A stretch of DNA of 63,855 nucleotides, filler included. It is 5 parts of 5 records of this genome, joined end to end, with 100 filler letters (N's around TTAATTAATTAA, not from the genome) between each part and the next. Parts side by side here need not be neighbours in the genome. Positions count along the whole stretch, not along the records: positions 1 to 26,976 come from SRR31156797_15634; 4 more parts are not named here. One strand, 5' to 3'. The position numbers and the translations under genes are program-made. Below, one piece after another: positions 1-8,673 of the stretch (within the stretch, counting starts at the first letter, position 1; every line of letters starts with the position of its first letter). Below the pieces are notes generated by a model, which was not told the origin of the DNA, made no database searches, and saw only the letters and a program-made list of their open reading frames with translations.

Positions 1-88
1 AAGTGGGCTTAGGAATTTTCTCATTAAATTTTAGTGATAATAATAATGCAAGAAACTATTTGTAATTAATCATTTTTGTTTGTACTAT

Positions 89-107
89 GACTTTTTCGAC
101 AGTCTGA
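89..107. mobile_element. possible IS1182-like terminal inverted repeat remnant
   Basis: GACTTTTTCGACAGTCTGA resembles IS1182-family ends. It abuts a hairpin (107-133, AGCCAGTTGATT-aac-AATCAGCTGGCT) near the contig edge. No transposase is in the window. Confidence 0.35.
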
Positions 108-158
108 GCCAGTTGATTAACAATCAGCTGGCTTTACTTTCATAAATAAGTATTGAAT

Positions 159-188
159 AAAAAAGACCAGCGAAAATTAATTCGCCGG
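159..188 (-). terminator. intrinsic terminator after symporter copy A
   Basis: Hairpin 167-188 followed by a U-tract on the minus strand. Confidence 0.55.
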
Positions 189-211
189 CAAAAATATATC
201 TAACAATTCTA

Positions 212-1822
212 TTAGATTCCTTTAAAACACTTATCAACCAGTTCTTTGTCAGCCTTTTTCTTGGAAACTAACTGAACCACAATAATAACTATTACTGAGA
301 TTGTAAGTGCGATACAAATTGGGTCTACAACTGCCCACTTAGTTCCTTCTGGAGCTAATGTATCTTTTCCGAATAATAGACTGCAAACCTTTATAACCTT
401 AGATTCCTTCGAATGAACAAACATCATCCATAGTGCTGCTGAGCTAAAGCCAGCTAACATACTGGATACAGCAGCTGCCTTTGTCAGCTTCTTGCAGTAC
501 AGTGCTCCAATATACATAGGAAGGAATGAGGCTGCACATAAACCAAAGAATAGCCCAGTACTAATAGCTATAGCACCATCCCATACATTTGGCAGAATGT
601 AAGCCAATATGATTGAGAATATAATTGCTACCAGTACGCCTATGCGTGAAATCATCAGAGCTTTCTTCTCATTAGATTTATCTATGCTGAACATATCGTG
701 GCCAAATGCAGTTCCAATTGCGTGAAACTGAGAGCTGATTGTCGACATACCAGCTGCCATCAATACAATTAGGAAAATTGTTGTGAACCACTCTGGCATA
801 AACATATCTAGGAATGCAGGTATAACGTTATCCACACTGCCTGCAGCTACTACTGCTACATTACCAGTTTCCTGAAAGAATAACACATTTGATAATCCAC
901 CAATAACATATATTGTGCATGTAGTCAGCAGAATAAATGCTGCACCGATTGGAACTGCTCTGTTTAATTCCTTATCAGACTTAACCATCATAAAACGTAC
1001 TGCCAGCTGAGGCTGTGCCAGTACACCTATTCCAACCCCTAATGTAATTGAGCTTATAATTACCCACCAATATGTAGAGAAAGTTTCAGGCATAGATGTC
1101 CATCCTCTGAAGCCTCCAGCCTTTAAACTCTCTATCTGATCAGCAATTGCAGAGTTGTTGAATAAATCAGTCAGTTTCTGATGAGCAGATACTACACCGC
1201 CCAGCTTAGAATATACTGCAATAACTAAAATTGTCATACCAATTATCATCAAGCCGCCTTGGAATGCATCAGAATACATAACTCCTTTAATACCGCCAAA
1301 CAATACATAAAGAGCTATAATCAATGAGAATATCAGCAGTGCAACTTTATAGTTGATACCCAATGTATTCTCCAATATTTTTGACACACCAATGGTAACA
1401 GCCGCTGTGTAAATAGGCATAAACAGAAATACTATTGTCCCTGCGAATTTCTGTATGAATTTTGAATTAAATCTCTTTCCTAATAACTCTGGGAATGTAT
1501 GAGCATTCAAATTGTGCCCCATACGTCTTGTCCTTTTACCAAATGCCACAAATGCAATCAAAACACCAAGCAGTATGTTTAGAAATGCCAGCCATAGCAA
1601 TGAAATTCCAAACAATGCTGCATTACCGCCAAAGCCTACAATAGCAGATGTTGAAATGAATGTTGATCCATAGCTAAGTGCCATGATAGCAGGATGTATA
1701 TTCCGTCCTCCTATCAGGTAATCATTATCCGATTTTGTTCTTGAATAACCCATATAACCTAAAAAGGCTATAATAAATAAATATACTACTATAATAATTA
1801 TTTGTGCTACATTAATATCCAC
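212..1822 (-). CDS. sodium:solute symporter (SSS/PutP-PanF family), copy A
   Basis: 536 aa, about 13 TM segments, motifs DYLIGGR, GGIKGVMYSD and QPQLAVRF; GTG start with AGGAG RBS. Confidence 0.93.
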   Translation of the reverse strand: MDINVAQIIIIVVYLFIIAFLGYMGYSRTKSDNDYLIGGRNIHPAIMALSYGSTFISTSAIVGFGGNAALFGISLLWLAFLNILLGVLIAFVAFGKRTRRMGHNLNAHTFPELLGKRFNSKFIQKFAGTIVFLFMPIYTAAVTIGVSKILENTLGINYKVALLIFSLIIALYVLFGGIKGVMYSDAFQGGLMIIGMTILVIAVYSKLGGVVSAHQKLTDLFNNSAIADQIESLKAGGFRGWTSMPETFSTYWWVIISSITLGVGIGVLAQPQLAVRFMMVKSDKELNRAVPIGAAFILLTTCTIYVIGGLSNVLFFQETGNVAVVAAGSVDNVIPAFLDMFMPEWFTTIFLIVLMAAGMSTISSQFHAIGTAFGHDMFSIDKSNEKKALMISRIGVLVAIIFSIILAYILPNVWDGAIAISTGLFFGLCAASFLPMYIGALYCKKLTKAAAVSSMLAGFSSAALWMMFVHSKESKVIKVCSLLFGKDTLAPEGTKWAVVDPICIALTISVIVIIVVQLVSKKKADKELVDKCFKGI

Positions 1823-1835
1823 TTTCTCTTCTCCT

Positions 1836-2012
1836 TTATATATCTAGTTTTTCTTCTATTTCTTTTTCTTCACTGTTCCATTGTCTGTCAGTTTCACTGT
1901 CTCCTTCATCTCCCTTGTTCCAATTGATAATCCCATATATAATACAAACAAGCGTAGTGATTATACACAAAACATAAACCAAGAACACAGCAAAATCATT
2001 AAATCCCAACAT
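1836..2012 (-). CDS. symporter small accessory membrane protein, copy A (58 aa)
   Basis: MLGFNDFAVFLVYVLC...YGIINWNKGD single-TM pattern directly upstream of the SSS gene; RBS at 2022-2027. Confidence 0.85.
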   Translation of the reverse strand: MLGFNDFAVFLVYVLCIITTLVCIIYGIINWNKGDEGDSETDRQWNSEEKEIEEKLDI

Positions 2013-2046
2013 AATCTTCTTCTCCTTCATTGTTTTTGCAGCACAT

Positions 2047-2189
2047 AAAAAAGCTCTACGATATCGTAGAGCTGATTATTTCGACAATTAACAAACTACA
2101 CAAAAAATGTGCAATCTGAATTGAACGCAACTTTCTACTATTTTACCGTACTACAATCACATTTTATTATCATTATGGTCATTTGTCAA
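2047..2189 (-). promoter_or_regulatory. sigma-A promoter plus leader with intrinsic terminator (attenuator-like), copy A
   Basis: TTGACA (2184-2189)-17 nt-TAAAAT (2161-2166); hairpin AGCTCTACGATATCGTAGAGCT plus U-run before the RBS. Confidence 0.75.
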
Positions 2190-2226
2190 TAACTATTTAT
2201 TACATTATATCTATTAAAATAGGCAC

Positions 2227-2252
2227 AAAAAAACGGCGCAGTAAATACGCCG
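2227..2252 (-). terminator. intrinsic terminator after symporter copy B
   Basis: CGGCG/CGCCG hairpin with U7 on the minus strand. Confidence 0.55.
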
Positions 2253-2272
2253 GAAAAATATATAAAATACTA

Positions 2273-3883
2273 TTAGATTCCTTTAAAACACTTATCGACT
2301 AATTCTTTATCAGCTTTTTTCTTTGATACAAGCTGAACTACAACAATAACTATTATAGATATTGTAAGTGCGATACATATCGGATCTACAACTGCCCACA
2401 TTGTACCCTCTGGAGCTAATGTAGCTTTACCAAATATCAGATTACAAACCTTAATTACTGCTGATTCCTTAGAATGAACAAACATCATCCAAAGCATTGC
2501 ACTAGTAAATCCTGCCAGCATGCTGGATACTGCTGCAACTTTAGTCAACTTCCTGCAGTAAAGTGCTCCTACATACATTGGTAGGAACGAAGCAGCGCAT
2601 AGCCCAAAGAATAAACCTGTGCTTATGGCGATTGCACCATCCCAAACATTTGGCAGTACATATGCTAGAACAATCGTAAATATTATAGCAACCAATACAC
2701 CAATTCGTGATACCAGCAATGCCTTCTTTGGGTCACCCTTGTCAACATTAAATATATCACGTCCCACAGCGGTACCTATTGCATGGAACTGTGAAGAGAT
2801 AGTTGACATGCCTGCTGCCATCAGCACTACAAGGAATACTGTTGCAAACCATGATGGCATAAATTTATCTAGAAACATAGGGATGATTCCGTCTGTACCG
2901 CCAGCAGCAGCTACAGCTATCATTCCGCTGTCTTCAAAGAACATTACATTGGACAATGCACCTATTACAAAAGCTACACCTGTCATCATCAGGATAAATA
3001 TACCACCGATAGGGATAGCACGGTTTAGCTCTTTGTCAGATTTTACTGTCATAAAGCGAACCGCCAATTGCGGCTGTGCCAATACACCAATACCCACTCC
3101 TAGAGTTATACTTGATACCACTATCCACCAATAGGTGGAAAACAGCTTCGGCATTGCTGTCCATCCTTGGAAGCCACCCTTTTGCAGTCCTGCTATCTGT
3201 TCAGAAATAGCTGGATTCTTGAACAATTCAGTCAGCTTAGCATGAGCCTCGGTTACTCCTCCCAGCTTAGAATATATTGTAATAATAAGTATTGTCATGC
3301 CAATCAGCATCAATCCGCCTTGGAATGCATCAGAATACATAACGCCCTTGATACCGCCAAAGAATACATATGCTGCTACAATCATAGCAAATACAAATAG
3401 TGCTACATTATAATTAATTCCAAGACCATTTTCCAGTATCTTTGCTACACCTATTGTTACCGCTGCAGTATAAACAGGCATAAACAGGAATATTACAATA
3501 CCTGCAAATTTCTGAATGAATGGCGAGTTAAATCTGTTTCCCAAAAACTCTGGAAAAGTATGAGCACCAATATTATGACCCATACGCCTTGTTCTCTTAC
3601 CAAACACTGTAAAGGCAATAAATACCCCTAAGAAAATGTTGAAAAATGTCAGCCACAGCAAACTGAAACCAAAAACACCTGCGTTGCCGCCAAAGCCTAC
3701 AATAGCAGAAGTAGATATAAACGTTGCTCCATATGACAATGCCATAATTACAGGATGAGTATTTCTGCCGCCTAGTAGATAGTCTGAGTTGTTCTTTGTT
3801 CGTGCATAACCTAAATATCCCAGCAAAGCAATGATAAATAGGTATATTACGATAACGATTATCTGCATTATACTAATATTCAT
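2273..3883 (-). CDS. sodium:solute symporter, copy B (paralog of 212-1822)
   Basis: 536 aa, colinear with copy A, identical C-terminus VVQLVSKKKADKELVDKCFKGI. Confidence 0.93.
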   Translation of the reverse strand: MNISIMQIIVIVIYLFIIALLGYLGYARTKNNSDYLLGGRNTHPVIMALSYGATFISTSAIVGFGGNAGVFGFSLLWLTFFNIFLGVFIAFTVFGKRTRRMGHNIGAHTFPEFLGNRFNSPFIQKFAGIVIFLFMPVYTAAVTIGVAKILENGLGINYNVALFVFAMIVAAYVFFGGIKGVMYSDAFQGGLMLIGMTILIITIYSKLGGVTEAHAKLTELFKNPAISEQIAGLQKGGFQGWTAMPKLFSTYWWIVVSSITLGVGIGVLAQPQLAVRFMTVKSDKELNRAIPIGGIFILMMTGVAFVIGALSNVMFFEDSGMIAVAAAGGTDGIIPMFLDKFMPSWFATVFLVVLMAAGMSTISSQFHAIGTAVGRDIFNVDKGDPKKALLVSRIGVLVAIIFTIVLAYVLPNVWDGAIAISTGLFFGLCAASFLPMYVGALYCRKLTKVAAVSSMLAGFTSAMLWMMFVHSKESAVIKVCNLIFGKATLAPEGTMWAVVDPICIALTISIIVIVVVQLVSKKKADKELVDKCFKGI

Positions 3884-3895
3884 ATTATCCTCCTG

Positions 3896-4072
3896 TTAAA
3901 TATCCAGCTTCTCAGCTATGTTTTTTTCTTCACTACCCCACTTCTTATCAGTTTCACTTATTTCGTCGTCCCCTTTGTTCCAATTGAATATTCCATATAC
4001 TACGCAAACTAATGCAGAAAGAATACACAGAACATACACGAGAAAGATGGCAAAATCGTCAAATCCTAACAT
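3896..4072 (-). CDS. symporter small accessory membrane protein, copy B (58 aa)
   Basis: MLGFDDFAIFLVYVLC...YGIFNWNKGD; RBS at 4080-4085. Confidence 0.85.
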   Translation of the reverse strand: MLGFDDFAIFLVYVLCILSALVCVVYGIFNWNKGDDEISETDKKWGSEEKNIAEKLDI

Positions 4073-4103
4073 AATCATTCTCCTTCTTAATATTGCAGTA
4101 CGC

Positions 4104-4254
4104 AAAAAAACCCTACGGTATTATCCGTAGAGCTAATCATAACAAATACTAAAACAAGAAAACTGTATTATAATACAATCTTCTTTAAAAAGATTATCCC
4201 CATATTCTACCGTACTACAGAAATAATTGTATTATCAATATCATTATTTGTCAA
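4104..4254 (-). promoter_or_regulatory. sigma-A promoter plus leader with intrinsic terminator, copy B
   Basis: TTGACA (4249-4254)-17 nt-TACAAT (4226-4231); hairpin GCTCTACGG-ataata-CCGTAGGGT plus U-run before the RBS. Confidence 0.75.
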
Positions 4255-4288
4255 TATTTATTTATTGTAATTAATATTTATGCACAAT

Positions 4289-5212
4289 TTACTCAGCCAT
4301 ATGCTCATTTAAATATGTTATAGCACTGTTCGCTGCAATAGCACCATCAGCACATGCAGTTACTACCTGCCTCAGCGGAGTATCCGTAATATCACCTGCA
4401 GCAAATACGCCCAGCACATTGGTTGATTTGTATTTATCAACGATAATATAGTTGCCGTCATCCAGATGAATATTATTTCCTAGATTCATTGTATTTGGAA
4501 TCACACCAACAGCAACAAAAACCCCATCTACATCAATGTAGGAATTTTCATTCTTATATTTATTGCGAAGTTTTAGCTTTCTAACCTTGTCATCTCCCTC
4601 AATAGCATCTACAACTGTATCCCAAATAATATGGATATTAGGTTTAATCATAACTCTCTGCGCCAATACATCATCTGCCCGTAGTTCATCTCTTCTATGT
4701 ATCAGGTAAACCTTCTCGCAGATATTTGACAGGTATTCTGCCTCCTCGCAGGCTGTATTACCGCCGCCAACTACAGCAACTGTTCTATCCTTATAGAAGC
4801 TTCCGTCACATGTTGCACAGTATGAAACCCCTCTGTTTCTGAACTCATCTTCACCAGCTACCTGCAGCAATCTGGGATTTGCGCCCATCGTCAGTATTAC
4901 AGCAAATGACGTATACTCATTTTCCGTAGTTACTATTTTCTTAACTGCCCCAGTCAGTGACCATTCCACAACTTCCTCATTAATAATCTCAACTCCATGA
5001 TTCCTTGCCTGAGTATCAATATCCATTGAAAATTCCACTCCTCCTATTGGCTCAGGAAATCCTGGGAAATTCTCCAATGAACTAGTTGTAGCAATCTGTC
5101 CTCCGGAATACATTTTCTCAATAACCGCAGCTTTTAATCCTGCCCTTGCAGCATATATTCCTGCTGTTAATCCTGCAGGACCTCCTCCGATTATTAATAT
5201 ATCTTTTTTCAT
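4289..5212 (-). CDS. trxB: thioredoxin-disulfide reductase
   Basis: GGGPAGLTA FAD motif, GVSYCATCDG, VVGGGNTA, VFAAGD. Confidence 0.95.
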   Translation of the reverse strand: MKKDILIIGGGPAGLTAGIYAARAGLKAAVIEKMYSGGQIATTSSLENFPGFPEPIGGVEFSMDIDTQARNHGVEIINEEVVEWSLTGAVKKIVTTENEYTSFAVILTMGANPRLLQVAGEDEFRNRGVSYCATCDGSFYKDRTVAVVGGGNTACEEAEYLSNICEKVYLIHRRDELRADDVLAQRVMIKPNIHIIWDTVVDAIEGDDKVRKLKLRNKYKNENSYIDVDGVFVAVGVIPNTMNLGNNIHLDDGNYIIVDKYKSTNVLGVFAAGDITDTPLRQVVTACADGAIAANSAITYLNEHMAE

Positions 5213-5546
5213 TACAATTTCCTTCCTTTTGCAAAACTTCTTTTATATCGTTAGTAATATAATTATAACCGCAATTAATTTAATTCATATCTATTATAAA
5301 TTATTCCATCTTCAATTCCAACTAATATTATAATTTAACGAATTATTACTTTCTTTACACCAGTATATTATACTTATTATCCCTAGGATTACTGTAACTT
5401 TGTAACTTTTGATGGATATTATCTTTTATAAATTGCCCTTTAATACTAATATATATTATGGATTAACTGGATTCGAAATCAACATAATAAATGGTGGTAT
5501 ATAACCACCATTCAGACCACCTTAGTATTTTATTTAAATTTTGTAT

Positions 5547-6389
5547 TTACTTTTTAGTAACTGGTATTAGGATATCCAGCTTCATTTCTTCTGAGTCATC
5601 AAAATAGTATTCGATTTCATGCTTGCCGGAATGATTATACTGTGAGTTTGTAAACCATTCAGAATGAATCCTTTTTGCGGTTTCCTGTACATTTGCCAAA
5701 TTAGTAGGAAACACTGCGTATTCAGCTGGTTCGATAATTATTTCTACCATGCCCTCTGGCACTTCCTTGGTTGAAGCTACTGCGATATAATATGGGAAAT
5801 CATTTCCTTTCATTGCCCCGCATATGCCCATAGGTCCTTTCATATCGGCATCATTTAGTTCCATTAATTTTTGAAACCTTCCGTCTTTCATTACATCCTG
5901 CCAGAACTTAGGTATCTCTGTAAAGTTATCATTTTCACCTACTGTTGTGAACCAGTCCTCGTATCCTACTGCTCTGATTCCATCTCTTTTTTCGATTCTG
6001 TACTCCATAGTGACTACTCCTTTTATTGTGATTTTGAAGGTAATTGGAAGAAAGGACTTGAGAATACATCCGCTGGATTTTGCCTGCCTTGGAGGCACTC
6101 CATGAAAAGCCTTGAATGCTCTATTAAACGATGTCGGTGAATCATAACCGTATTTATAACACATGTCAATGACTTTTGCATCTGTGGACTGCAGTTCCTG
6201 ACTAGCTAATGTCAGCCTGCGTTTGCGTATGTATTCAGAGAATGACACCCCTGTAAGATAGGAAAACATTCGGGAAAAATGGAATGCCGGCATAGCTGCA
6301 ATCTTAGCAGCTTCGGCTATTTCAATCTCATTTTCTAAATTTTCTTCAATGTACGCTATACTGGCGTTTAGTGCTTTTGTAATGTCCAT
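5547..6389 (-). CDS. AraC/Rob-family regulator with C-terminal GyrI-like effector domain
   Basis: EYIRKRRL, YGYDSPTSFNRAFK HTH; C-terminal IPKFWQ...IEYY GyrI-like domain. Confidence 0.9.
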   Translation of the reverse strand: MDITKALNASIAYIEENLENEIEIAEAAKIAAMPAFHFSRMFSYLTGVSFSEYIRKRRLTLASQELQSTDAKVIDMCYKYGYDSPTSFNRAFKAFHGVPPRQAKSSGCILKSFLPITFKITIKGVVTMEYRIEKRDGIRAVGYEDWFTTVGENDNFTEIPKFWQDVMKDGRFQKLMELNDADMKGPMGICGAMKGNDFPYYIAVASTKEVPEGMVEIIIEPAEYAVFPTNLANVQETAKRIHSEWFTNSQYNHSGKHEIEYYFDDSEEMKLDILIPVTKK

Positions 6390-6560
6390 TTCATTTACCT
6401 TCTACTATATGTTATCAGATACAGAATAATAAACCTCGCATTTTGCATACATATTATGTATATTTATATTTTAACATTTCTTAATATAGGTTTGCAAATT
6501 AATACAAGGAAAAACGACATCAATTTAAGATGCCGCTTTCGTGTGTATTATTTAATTAAC

Positions 6561-7973
6561 TTATCTTGAGGGTTTTCTCTTGTTATGGTAGGAGAGAGAT
6601 TTGTAGTAGTCAGCATCAGCTGCGATTACCAGCTCTACCAATTCATCGTCTCCCAGCAAGGTTGTGCGTCCGTTAGCATATTCTTCATCAACCAATTCTT
6701 TGACCTTACCTACAATGTCAGCCTTCTTATTCAGTTCTTCATCACCATGCAAGCGGAAGTAATCATTCATCCAGTGAGTAATACCTGCAGCACCTGAGTG
6801 AGGACCAATTAATACTTTTGGCGGACGATTAAGAATCTTGTCAGTGTCAAAGATATTGTAAATCTCAGGATCTTTAAGCATGCCGTCAGCATGAATACCC
6901 GCTCTAGTAGCATTAAATGCCCGCCCTACGAATGGCGTCCTTGGTGGTATATTGTATCCGATTTCATCCTCGAAATAGTCAGCAATTTCAGTTATTACTG
7001 ATAAATCCATTCCATCTGTTGTTCCTCTTAATGAGCAGTACTCCATAACCATTGCTTCCAGCGGACAATTGCCTGTTCTCTCCCCTATGCCAAGCAGTGA
7101 ACAATTGACTGATGCACAGCCATACAGCCAAGCAGTCGCAGCGTTTGTAACAACTTTGTAGAAATCGTTGTGTCCATGCCACTCCAATTGCTCAGGAGGT
7201 ACTGAAGCGAAGTGATTCAAACCATATATTATACCCTGAACTGAACGAGGTATAGCACTGCCAGGATATGTAACGCCGTAGCCTAATGTATCACAGGCAC
7301 GGATTTTGATAGGTACTCCTGATTCCTGTCCCAGCTTCATCAGTTCAATTGCAAATGGAATAACAAATCCATAGAAATCTGCACGAGTTATATCCTCAAA
7401 GTGACATCTTGGCACGATACCATACTCAATGGCAGATTTAACAACACCTAAATATTTATCCAGTGCTTTTTTTCTATCCAAGCCCATCTTATTAAAGATA
7501 TGATAGTCACTGCAGCTTACCAGAATGCCTGTTTCCTTGATGCCGATATTCTTAGCAAGTTCAAAGTCCTTTTCACTGGCACGAATCCATGCAGTTACCT
7601 CAGGGAATTCATATCCTAAGTCTATGCAGGCTTTGATTGCCTCTTTATCCTTTGGTGTATAAACAAAGAATTCAGACTGCCTTACAATACCCTTGGGTCC
7701 TGATAATCTGTGAAGAAGTTTATACAGATCCACTATTTGCTTTATAGTAAATGGAGATGTAGACTGCTGACCGTCACGGAATGTAGTATCTGTAATCCAT
7801 ATATCATCTGGTACAAATGAAGGAACTAATCTGTGGTTAAATGATACCTTTGGTATTGACTTGTAATCATAGAGATGTCTGTATAGATTAGGTTCATCTA
7901 TGTCCTGTAATGGGTACTTAAACGCACTTTGTTCAAGTAAATTGGTATGTTCGTCAAATTGTAATACTGCCAT
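6561..7973 (-). CDS. Re-specific citrate synthase (DRE-TIM / isopropylmalate synthase-like)
   Basis: IWITDTTFRDGQQ, LEWHGHND, GIGERTGN, TRAGIHADG; matches the clostridial Re-citrate synthase clade. Confidence 0.8.
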   Translation of the reverse strand: MAVLQFDEHTNLLEQSAFKYPLQDIDEPNLYRHLYDYKSIPKVSFNHRLVPSFVPDDIWITDTTFRDGQQSTSPFTIKQIVDLYKLLHRLSGPKGIVRQSEFFVYTPKDKEAIKACIDLGYEFPEVTAWIRASEKDFELAKNIGIKETGILVSCSDYHIFNKMGLDRKKALDKYLGVVKSAIEYGIVPRCHFEDITRADFYGFVIPFAIELMKLGQESGVPIKIRACDTLGYGVTYPGSAIPRSVQGIIYGLNHFASVPPEQLEWHGHNDFYKVVTNAATAWLYGCASVNCSLLGIGERTGNCPLEAMVMEYCSLRGTTDGMDLSVITEIADYFEDEIGYNIPPRTPFVGRAFNATRAGIHADGMLKDPEIYNIFDTDKILNRPPKVLIGPHSGAAGITHWMNDYFRLHGDEELNKKADIVGKVKELVDEEYANGRTTLLGDDELVELVIAADADYYKSLSYHNKRKPSR

Positions 7974-8026
7974 ATATTTTCCACCTTTCGTAATGTATTC
8001 TCAAGAATAAATTTAATATTATTAAG

Positions 8027-8350
8027 CTTGCAATAGCCCACGCTATTTTGCCAGAAACAGCAATACCCGAAAGCAGTATTTTGCGTTTACAAAATTCTAC
8101 GAAAGAGAGCGATTTACTGTATTTATTTATCAATACATTTGTAAGCGATGCAACTACTGCGTATTTAATTGCAAAATATTAACCTGTTCATTAAGCATCC
8201 ATATAAGGATGCGTTGTTATTTTAACTCGTAATAGCCTAAGCCGTTCTGCCAGAAACGACGATGTATAAAAAAAGTAATTTCGTATAGCTTAGAACTATT
8301 GGATATGCAGTTATAAATTATTTCAAGTGCATAATGCATTGTAAGATGCA
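8027..8350 (-). repeat. degenerate tandem repeat (~200-nt period) upstream of citrate synthase
   Basis: 8027-8064 vs 8226-8263 share 28/38 nt; a second shared block TTGTAAG(CG)ATGCA lies at 8139-8152 and 8339-8350. Confidence 0.65.
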
Positions 8351-8673
8351 TTAAATAAACAAAGTTAATCATACTTTATTACTTGCTATAAACAGTGATG
8401 ATAATATGCTTTTTTGGTATACAAAACACTGTGAAAGAAACAGCTTCTGTCAGCATATAATATTGCAATAATTGCTTCTTATTTATTATTAAGTTCATGG
8501 CGCACCTGATAGGTGCTTTATTTCACAAAATGTAATAACGCTCAGATGTTATCAAAAATGTTACAACCCAAAACAGCATAATGTATACACAAAACGCTGT
8601 AATTGGGAGTTATTCTTAAGCTTGTTAGAATTGCTCTTACTCTACATCGTTATAGATATTTAATGAGTAATAA

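Noticed and set aside
8049..8054. CUGGCA loop as an iron-responsive element bound by aconitase
   Set aside because: The IRE loop is CAGUGN with a bulged C; this does not match.
8101..8122. GAAAGAGAGCGATTTACTG resembling a T-box stem I apex
   Set aside because: Wrong strand for the downstream gene and no T-box antiterminator sequence.
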